In this document: positions 38,514-47,433 of the stretch, one piece after another
How positions within the stretch are numbered: position 1 is the stretch's first letter
Layout: every line of letters begins with the position of its first letter
NCBI GenBank assembly: GCA_002633005.1
Contig: NMRA01000140.1
Coordinates: 558,001-622,000, forward strand
Origin: Phoronis australis
Taxonomy: Eukaryota; Animalia; Phoronida
Direction: 5' to 3'
DNA: 64,000 nucleotides
Position numbers and translations under genes: made by a program
The notes under the pieces: model-generated
The model's input: only the letters and a program-made list of their open reading frames with translations
Databases searched by the model: none
Told to the model about the DNA's origin: nothing

Positions 38514-39028
38514 TTGAATGCTATCACTATTCTGATGATTTTGGATGATATCTTTGCATGGACTCATGATTATGCTTCAACGATTGTTCTACTTAGGCAC
38601 CATCAGATTATTTGTCACCAGCCTCCAAACTGCAACCAGTACTTTCGTCTAGAGACCGGGGAATCCATCTGGAGGTGCCCAAGCCACAAGCTGGTGAAGC
38701 TATCACTTCATGGTCTTTTTCGCTACCAGTCCACTTAGCGGCAATGATGCTTGATATAGACAGAACAACGGTGATGCAGTGGAATCCGTATTTCCGTGAC
38801 GTGTGTGGTCGCAAATCCAAGACAGGTAGGCAGTCCTGGCATTAGAGTACAAATCAATGAGTCTTCGATGACGTGCAGAAAGAATAACGTCGGCCACCCT
38901 GTACCAGCGCAGTGGATGTTTGGGGACTGTTACCCAACACAGGGTTTCAGATTTTTGGAACTGGTTCCTGATCAGTCCCACAGACACAGCTTCCAATCAT
39001 ACAGCATTACATAGCACTAGGGTCCATT
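38514..39028 (+). pseudogene. Merlin (IS1016/IS1595-like) DNA transposase relic, truncated by Gypsy sequence
   Basis: Across frameshifts: ...IWRCPSHK...WSFSLPVHLAAMMLDIDRTTVMQW.PYFRDVC...NPRQVGSPGIRVQINES..RKNNVGHPVPAQWMFG...FLELVPDQS...PIIQHYIALGSI, matching the Merlin 'GGPG..VQIDES...RKYN.G....QWVFG...VPDRS...PII...I.PGS' signature. Confidence 0.85.
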
Positions 39029-40820
39029 CAGTCTAATTCTGTCAAACGAGTAGGCTGTTCTGAATTTCCAAGAACGTCCTCCGGTGAGTTTTTTTACCTT
39101 GTAGTGAGCTTGATTATTGACCCTCGTTCTGAATATGATAAAGTTAAAGATCAAGGGCTGACTACTTTTAATGGTTCATATAGAGGGACGAGAGTTAAAG
39201 CAGGCTTGTAACTGGGTTGGGTAAAACCAATTGCTGATGATGTTGATAATGTAGTAGTGCAATCTACACTGGCAGGTGTCAATGCTATGTCCGAGAATGC
39301 TGATTCTTCGTCTGCCAGTCCCGATTCCTCTCAAGGGGGTAGTGCGGGGTTGTCAGCCGATGAGGATGGTTCCACCACTTTACCTCCAAAGCTGCTGTCA
39401 CTTATTGAAAACCTAAGACAGGCTTGTCTTCTAATGAGGCGTCAGTTCTTGAGAATCTCTTGTTAAGAGTATCAGGATGTGTTTGTGGCTGACGATTTAG
39501 ATCTGGGGAACTTTACAGCACTCGAACATGTCGTCGTCACCAGCTCTGAACTTCCTATCAAAAAACAGCTACGAGGCAAACTCGTTTGTCTGTTTTGATT
39601 CGTAAGTCCGATGGTTCGGTGAGTAACTGTATTGACTACAGTGCTCTCAATAAATTACTAAAAGGATGCGTGGCCCCTTCCCTTGATTGATGAGTGTATC
39701 GACCTTCCATCTACTCCCTACCGTCCCTCATCTGTTCAGGTGGCAAAAATTAATCGTATAGTGATGGATGCTGTGTGTTGTTGCATTTCCAATAGTCAGG
39801 ATGACTGGGATCCTTTTCTTGACGCAGATTGCATGTGCTATTATAAGGACTTCAGTTAATAGGCAGACAGGTTTCACTCCCAACATGGTTCTGCTGGGCC
39901 GTGAGATTAATCATCCGTTTACTCTCATGTACCCAGTGGCACGAGGGCAGGACCCTGTTTCCCCTACTGATTTTGTTGAAACGCTTCAAAAGAGAATTTC
40001 TAGTGCGCATGAAGTGGCCAGGAAGACCCTAGTCATTACGTAAGCCCATATGAACCGCGATTACGACCTTGGGGTACATCGTCGTGACGTTGTATATATC
40101 ATTGACATCCCGGTCATTAAAGGCAAATGTAAGAAACTAAGTCCACCTTGGAAAAGTCCTGGCATTGTTATTGATGATCTTACACCCTTTCTTTTCAGGA
40201 TCTGACTTGAGAATCCTGTTTCTACGGTTAATCATTACCGTTTAAAGATTTGTAATGATAAATTGGAAATGTTGCCTAATTGGATGTTAGCTGTGGGTAA
40301 TCCTACCAGTCCCCTTCTTGTTGTTAACGACCTGTACTGTATATGTCGCCACCCGGATGACAGAGGGTTCATGATCCAATGTGATTCGTGCGATGAATGG
40401 TATCATGGTAGCTGTGTCGGAATCAACAGTGAGGTGGCGGTAACCATCGAGAAATATTATTGCCCTCGGTGCAAGCCCACTAGTCGGTCTTATTTATCAT
40501 GATTACTTGTTTTTATTTATAGGTTCTCTTGTCAAGATGTACAGCTAAAAGAAAACCCCGATCTGCCAGTCTTCAAGGGCGATGCTAATGCCCCCCGTCA
40601 GGTAACAGTTGAAGCGGCCGTCGCCGTCGTGCCAGTATCCCAGGGAGGGTATGCCGGTGCCGGCGCCATCTTTAGGTAGTGTACCATTGACTTCTGTGGA
40701 AAGAGAAGGTCCAGTACCTCAGGAACCCTTCCGCATCCTTCTCTTCAGAGGCAAACCTGGACGATTCCATTTTGAATGATCCCCCGTCATCCGACCCTGT
40801 GGCTACAGAGTCTCGACCCT
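39029..40820 (+). mobile_element. Gypsy copy A (decayed): post-protease region, RT N-terminal fragment, integrase C-terminus, PHD finger, start of ORF3
   Basis: EYQDVF...DLGNF, CIDY.ALN, KDAWPLPLIDECID (~39662-39703); TGFTPNMVLLGREI; KLSPPWKSPG; YCICRHPDDRGFMIQCDSCDEWYHGSCV...YYCPRC; FSCQDVQLKENPDLP is homologous to the start of the 47434 ORF. Confidence 0.88.
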
Positions 40821-40871
40821 TGGACAAGGGTGAGTAGCACCGTCGAACCAATAGCCACAATCTACAACATT

Positions 40872-40885
40872 TGGGGTAGTTGCAG
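40872..40885 (+). other. Degenerate primer-binding site, tRNA-Ser-like
   Basis: TGGGGTAGTTGCAG lies two nt after the LTR end and resembles the tRNA-Ser complement TGGCGTAGTCGGCAG. Confidence 0.55.
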
Positions 40886-41157
40886 TCACTGCTTGTGGTG
40901 CTTTCCCCTTGTTTACTTTCACCAGAGGCGTGAAATTTAAAGTTCATAAAGTTAAGTTTCCGTCCTGGTACTACCCCATGGAGGGTGGTAACTGTTTCAG
41001 TTTTTCTTTAGGTGTTTTTGTACGGATGTACATATTTCCTTGTACATATTATCATTTTCTAGTTTCATTATTGTTTTTTTCCAGAAAGTTAATTATATAA
41101 TTTAGTATTTTTCAGTAATTGTCTTAATTCCTCAGTGCCTTTTGAGCACCAATCACC

Positions 41158-42270
41158 ATGGCATCTAAGATCCTAATCAATTCTTGTGATGCTACAACAC
41201 TGTTAGACCTTCCAGGCATGACTACTGATGTTGCTGCTGCAGTTATTGACTTCAGGGCAGTGTCAGCGATTACACTGGAGAATGTTACTAAGATACATTC
41301 CTCTTGGAAGCCGACCAAAATGATGCATAAACACATCGACTTCTCCATCCCATCTGGTCTGCCGGAAGATTTGGCTAAAGTTGCAGAGTTGGTCGACAAT
41401 TATGGTAAGGAAACACCATCGAAAATGGTTTCAGTTCCTGTTTCTTTTCCAAAATTGGCAACTAAATTTACCCCATCCAAGACCAATATTGCTACTGGTG
41501 GTGCTTAAAAAAAGACAACCTCATCTCCACATACTAGCATGTCATTTAAGCCGTCGGGGTCTTCAGCTAATTACCTACAACATGCTCCACGCAACCTAAC
41601 TTTCAGTGGTAAGCTAGGCACCTGGGAAGATTTTTTCTGGAAGTTTGAAAATGTTGCCAAAGATAACTGTTGGCCTAGCCAAAAGTGCCGTACTGAATTA
41701 GGTATGTGCTTAGAAGGAGATGCTTCTCGTTGGTTCGCAAACCGTATCAGAGCTTTAACAGATGCATCTTACAAACAGATCATCAAAGGTATGATATATC
41801 GCTTTGGTGCAGAAATCGAGTGTAACGAAGCACACCAGCTTAGATTTCAGTCAGCCAAACGAACTCCTGATGAGTCACTTGAGCAATGAGCTGACCGCTT
41901 AAACAGTTTATTTTTATTAGCTTTTCCAGATGCTAGGGACACTGACAAAGATCAGGCTGTCCTTCGTTTCTGCTTGGGTTTGAAGGACAGAGATGTTGCT
42001 CAATGGACAATAAATAGTAAACCGGAATCAGCCATGGAGGCTTTGAATGCCACACGATGGTTTTCAACCACCAAAGACCTTATGACACAGTCGAGACCAA
42101 CCAAGACCGTTTCTTTCTGTAGGGAAACCTTTTCAGAGGAAGAGGAGGAAGAAGTTTCGGTTCGTCAGTTAAGTAAGAAGCCCACTCTTAAGTTCATTCC
42201 TCGTGGCACTTTAGAGTCTCGTTAAGATGTCCTTGAGGGTAAGTGCAATGATTTGGATACATCGGTTTCA
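41158..42270 (+). pseudogene. gag of copy B with N-terminal helix-hairpin-helix-like segment and capsid-like region
   Basis: ORFs 41158, 41539 and 41974 are one frame broken by in-frame stops; TFSGK..WEDF..KFE..A....W.......LGMCLEGDA..WF and ESLEQ*ADRL..L...AFP are Gypsy gag-like motifs. Confidence 0.85.
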
Positions 42271-42307
42271 TTAGAACAAGTAGGGAACAAGGCATGGTCG
42301 GTCTCCC

Positions 42308-42830
42308 ATGATTCGTTTTCATGCTGGAGCACCGATGGAGCGAATACATATCAATTTTCTTGGTCCACTACCCTTATCTCCGCGTGGCAATCAACATTTG
42401 TTGATGATAGTTGATCAATTTGCTAAGTGGGTGGAATGTATTCCCCTACCTTCTCAAACTGCCGAAGTTAAAGCTACCGCAGCAGTAAATGATTTTTTCG
42501 TGCATTTTGGTTATCCTTTCCAAATTTTCTCTGATCAAGGGAGAAATTTCGAAAGCAATTTATTCCGTTCTGAGAGTGAGCTTTTGCACATCCATAAGGC
42601 ATGTGCAACTCCGTATAGACCCTCTGCAAATGGTCAAGTTGAGCGTTACAATAGAACCCTTATGGATGCTGTAAGATGCTACGTGAATAACTTTCAGACG
42701 GATTGGGATCTATACATTCCTCAAATGGCTAGCGTGATTCATTCGACATACAGTTTTAACACCGAATATGATGATGTTGGGTCATGAGGTCACTCAGCCA
42801 GTAGATCTCATGGTTCCTCTACCGTCCGGT
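42308..42830 (+). pseudogene. Integrase catalytic core fragment of copy B
   Basis: GAPMERIHINFLGPLP (first catalytic D>N), FSDQGRNFES, TPYRPSANGQVERYNRTL. Confidence 0.92.
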
Positions 42831-43212
42831 GTCTTATTTATCGAGGCTGTTAGTCCACTAACTGTCATTTAGGTAGGGAGGGTGGAGTAGTTATATTTTT
42901 TTTAGTTTTCTTTTTCACATTCACTCCTCATTAGTTTTTTTTCAATGAGTTTGTTAAGTCAATTTTAGGGAGGAAAGGAGTAGGTACTTGTTGTTGTGTC
43001 TTAATGTCGTCTGTCCTTGTTCGTCTGAGTGTTTATGGTGAACCGGATGTAGTTCATAGTTTATATCACGTGAATGGGGAAATGCTGGACCTGCTCGTGT
43101 CGTCCTTCCTGAGTGAAGGACGTGTATTCAGTGCCTATTTTAGTGTAAAGACAAGTCAAGAAATGGACATGGGTGAGTAGCACCGTCGAACCAATAGCCA
43201 CTAATTACAACA

Positions 43213-43400
43213 GTACCCATGGAGGTGGGAGATGAGGAGACACCCCAAAAAAACAAAAAAAAAATCTTCAAAAGGGGGTCCAGTAAAGTCTTCCACATGC
43301 CCTAAGGCTGGTCCAGACACTTTTTCTGCTCCTCCACAACAAAGCGACGTCTTTTCTTGCCCTCTTTGTGGTTTCCACGTTCCTGAAGACCACAGTGGTA
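43213..43400 (+). pseudogene. Continuation of copy A ORF3 after the copy B insertion
   Basis: SDVFSCPLCGFHVPED aligns with TDQYQCPLCPFTVSLGED of the intact ORF3, in the expected order after EANLDDSILNDPP (~40750-40785), which aligns with ESDIDESVLDDDP. Confidence 0.6.
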
Positions 43401-43500
43401 AGTGCGGGGCACACAACATACATTTAGATTGTAATTAATACTGTGGCGCCTCTATGTTTTTCTAAAATAGACTCCAATCTAGAGAAAATGCTGGGTTTAT

Positions 43501-43680
43501 TAGCCTCGGGCCGGACTCCCGTCCAGATCACCCGGTAATTCTCCACGAAGAGCCGGAGAGTGTTTCAATTGTGGGGAGACTGGTCATTTTAAATATTCGT
43601 GCCCCAATAAACCATCGGCCAATGTCACATTACCCTCAACGTCTCCAGATTGTTTAAACTGGAACGGACTGAAGGACTAG
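43501..43680 (+). pseudogene. gag C-terminus of copy C with CCHC zinc knuckle
   Basis: GECFNCGETGHFKYSCP (C-x2-C-x4-H-x4-C from 43561); stop TAG at 43678-43680. Confidence 0.88.
43653..43659 (+). other. -1 programmed ribosomal frameshift heptamer T TTA AAC (gag to pol)
   Basis: Heptamer is in the correct gag phase and the -1 frame is the protease ORF; a potential stem GG.CTGA...TCAG.CC follows. Confidence 0.8.
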
Positions 43681-46600
43681 ATTCCCAATCAGGCCTGCCC
43701 AAAGACTATTCAACTCTGATTGGTTTGGTGGGAGGGATCAAAAAGCAATTAAAACGTGCAAAAAAATCTAAGAAAACGATTCATTCCACTGGTGTGGAGA
43801 CTGATTCTGAAGATTCTTTCTCAGTAGCAGATTCCGACAGTGATTCTAATCCAGGTTCTCTTGCTAGTAAGGATACGTTGACTGTAGATCCACCTATCAA
43901 GTCAAATCTAGATCGAGCGACTCTGGACGTAGTACGGACCGACTCTGATTCAATAAAATCGTCGCCGGAGATAGTAAACATATGTAAACTATCTTCAGGT
44001 CGTACATATTATATTCCCATAGAGTTGAAGGGTTTGAGGATAAATAGTATCCTGGATAGTGGTGCCGACAGTACTGTAATTTCTACCAGGGTATCTAAAT
44101 TTCTCTCGGGTGTCCAAGCCGTGCACGATGTAAAGGTGACAACGGCCGCAGAAGGTCTGGCTCTTGGGGGGTTCAGGACCAATGACATTCCCATTATTAT
44201 TAATTCCAAAACATATCGAACCTCAGTGGTAGTTTCAGATATTCAGGACAATTGCCTCTTGGGGTTAGATATCATGAAACAATTGAGATGTGTTCTGAAC
44301 ATGAAAGAGGATAAACTGATTATTGAGGGGAAAACATTTCCAATGGAATACGGTATCCCATCCAGACATCTTCCTCCCGTGGTAGTGAACTCAAATGTTT
44401 TAATTCCTGCCAATACGGTGAAGAGGTTAAGTGGGATTGAATTTCCAAAGATTTCCCCCATGGTTATGTTTGATCCGTCTCAATCTTTAGATCCACTTAT
44501 TTCGATCCCCCGCTCAATACATGACCCCCAATCCTGTTCTTCCCTTTTTGTTTTCAATTCATCGGAACATGGGGTAAGATTAACAGGAGGGACTATCTTA
44601 GGTGTAGTGGAACCCGTGGAATCTGAAGGGGTAAAGGATACTCAGGTTTGGGAACAGTGCTCAGTTAAGGTAGCTAAGGCAAAGGAAACTCCTGGGGGTG
44701 TTGAGACACTGTCGGGGAGATTACCAGGGCGAACTCCTGGGAATGTTAATGCGCTGTCGGGAGATTTACCAGAAAAGCGTTCTTGCTCGTTTTCGGGAGT
44801 TTGGCCTGAGATTGAAACCCAGAAAGTGTGCCCTGTTCCAATAGAAAGTAAAATTTCAGGGTAGGACGGTGGGTCCGGAAGGGTTGGAGATGGGAAATGA
44901 CAACATTAAGAAAGTCCAAGAATGGCCTTTTCCCCACAGTAAGAAACAGTGTAAAAGTTTCTTGAGTTTCGCAAATTACCATAGGCTATTCATCAAAGAT
45001 TTTGCAAAATTAGCTGTACCTCTTTATGAGATTACAGGGTCGAAGAAAACCTTTCAGTGGGACGATGCACAACAGAATTCTTTCGATCAATTAAAGGTAG
45101 CTCTAACATCACCACCTGTTTTAGCCTTACCTAACAAAAATGACAAATTTATTCTTGATTATGACACCTCTGATAAGGCTATTGGCTGTTGTCTTTCCCA
45201 AGTTTAGAACAGGGTGGAGCGAGTTATCTCGTAGTCCAGCTTCGCTTTAGTGGACGAACAAAACCGTTATTGTACTACTCGAAAGGAGCTGTTGGCTGTT
45301 GTACGATTTACACACCAGTTCAGACATTACCTCTTGGGCAGGAAACTTAAAGTACGGACAGATCACAGTAGTTTGAGATGGCTGTTAAACTTTAAATCTC
45401 CTTCGGGACAATTAGTTCGTTAGATATTACAGTTACAGCAGTTTTCGGGTATGGATATAATATACCGTCCACGAGTTAAACATATCAATGCTGATGCTCT
45501 GTCACGTATTCCTTCATCCTCCTGCCCCGCTTACAAGCTAGGGGTAGAACTCAAAGACCTTCCTTGTGGCAGTTGTCCCACTTGCTGCAAATCTCATGAG
45601 GAATGGTATAATTTCGTACAGGAAGTTGACGACACTATTCCTCTTGCACAACGCCCCCGGGCAGCTAAGGTTGACAAAAGTACCAGTACCCGTGCGCGAT
45701 CTGTATATGTGTCTGATGCGTACAAAGACTCTCTGTTGGATAGTCAAAACGTCCCAGAAGAGTTTATCCCTGACAACTTAGGAGAGGAGGGGTTGGCATT
45801 AACTATACGTAATCTCGAGTTGACGGATGTCCCTTGTATGGATGACTGTTTTCTAATCTCCATAGCTAGGGATGATCGAAACCCTTGTTTTGCGAGAGCA
45901 TTGTTGATAGAGGACGAAACAGACTTTGACCGCAAGTAGAGGGAGGACACAAATCTGACTGTCATATTTGACTGGTTAGATAATGGTGTTGAACCTTTAC
46001 AATTCCGCTTATTTATCTCCAGCGCTACGGCCAAAAATTATTGGCTTAATAGGGAGCGGTTTGTTGTGTCGAATAATCTATTATATTGGAAGGCTCCAGA
46101 TGAGGAAGATACTCTAAAATTAGTAGTGCCCGAGTCCTGCAAGTCAGATATTATAAAGCATTGTCATGACTTACCCTCCGCATGTCACTAGGGAATTGAC
46201 CGTACCAAAGCGAAGTTGAAAGATAAGTATTATTGGCGTGGTATGGCCGCGAGTGTAAAATCTTATATTGAAACACGTGCTGGCTGTAATTTAAATAAGC
46301 AAGGTAGAGGTAAGTTTCCCTTAACTACATTCCATGCAGGGGTGCCCATGGAACGCGTCCATTTAGATTTCCTGGGTCCACTCCCTGTATCAGATCAGAG
46401 CAACGAATATATCCTCATGATGGTAGACCAGTTCGTCAAGTGGGTGGAATGTGTAGCCCTCCCGTCGCAGACGGCAGAGGTCACGGCGAACGCTGCAGTG
46501 GACCAGTTCTTTAGTAGATTTGGGTTCCCATTGCAGGTGTTTACCAATCAGGGATGAAATTTTGAAAGTCATTTGTTCTGTCATATTTGTTCCCTTTTAA

Positions 46601-47411
46601 AAATCCAGAAAACAAGAACGACTGCGTATGGGCCTTCTTCTAGCGGACAATGTGAGCGATTCAATCGTACCCTGATGGATGCAATAGTTGTTATGTCATT
46701 CGTTTCCAAACTGATTGGGATAGGTATTTACCCCAAATTGCGGGTGCTATCCGGTCTTGTGTTAATCGTCATACTGGCTTTACAGCTAATAAAATGATGC
46801 TGGGTCGGGAAATAATTCAGCCAGTAGACCTCATGTATCCACCGCCCTTACAGGATGCTGAGGACCCCATAGGGTATGTAAACCGGCTCAGTAAAGCGAT
46901 TACTCAAACTCACGAGATAGCTAGAGGAACATTGCAGACTACCCAAGCTGTTATGAAACGCGATTATGATGCGTCTATGGTCAAACGTTCATATAGTGTT
47001 GGAGATTTAGTCTATGTCCTTGATTCAGCTAGCGTTAAGGGGAAGTGTAAAAAACTATTACCCCCTTGGAAAGGGCCAGCCATTGTTCTCGAGGTCATTA
47101 CTCCCTATCTATTTCGAATTAGACACGGGAATTTTGTGTCGGTAGTCAATCATGACCGTTTGAAACTCTGTAAAGATAGGTTTCAAGACCTACCTATCTA
47201 GCTTAAGAGAATGATCCAGGTAAATTCCACAGTGAACCAGGATAGTCTAGCAGAAGACACCGAAGTATACTGTTTTTGTAGGAGACCTGATCATGGCGGG
47301 TTCATGATTGCTTGTGACGTATGTGATGAGTGGTATCATGGGGAATGTGTAAGCATTACCACTGATGACGCACTGCACACTGACCGGTACATCTGTCCTA
47401 GTTGTGAATAA
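43653..47411 (+). pseudogene. pol of copy C: aspartic protease, RT with core deleted, RNase H, integrase, PHD finger
   Basis: ILDSGADSTVIS (~44055); RT resumes only at VLARFREFGLRLKPRKC (~44780); RNase H YCTTRKELLAVV, VRTDHSSL, NADALSR; integrase HLDFLGPLP, QCERFNRTL, WKGP; PHD 47268-47408. In-frame stops at 44842, 45205, 45232, 45421, 45937, 46189, 46555 and 47199, plus a frameshift near 46690. Confidence 0.93.
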
Positions 47412-47433
47412 CATTGGCTTTGCAATATTTCAG

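Larger units (their letters stand above)
40821..43212 (+). mobile_element. Gypsy copy B (internally deleted), nested in ORF3 of copy A
   Basis: 49-nt LTR ends at 40821-40869 and 43164-43212 (45/49 identical, both ending TACAACA), PBS-like TGG at 40872, gag 41158-42270, integrase core 42308-42830, purine tract AGGGAGGAAAGGAG at 42967-42980. Confidence 0.85.

Noticed and set aside
42989-43212. 5' LTR of copy C
   Set aside because: Not similar to 49832 onward, preceded by a PPT, not followed by a PBS, and its end matches 40821-40869, so it is better read as the 3' LTR of copy B.
43232-43438. Independent small gene, or an exon (GTAAGT at 43398) spliced to TatD
   Set aside because: The donor would be phase 1 versus the phase 0 acceptor at 47434; the sequence is explained as decayed ORF3 of copy A.
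45940-47411. Ginger-type DNA transposon (integrase plus PHD)
   Set aside because: Gag knuckle, protease, RT fragments, RNase H, PPT and LTR ends show an LTR retrotransposon.
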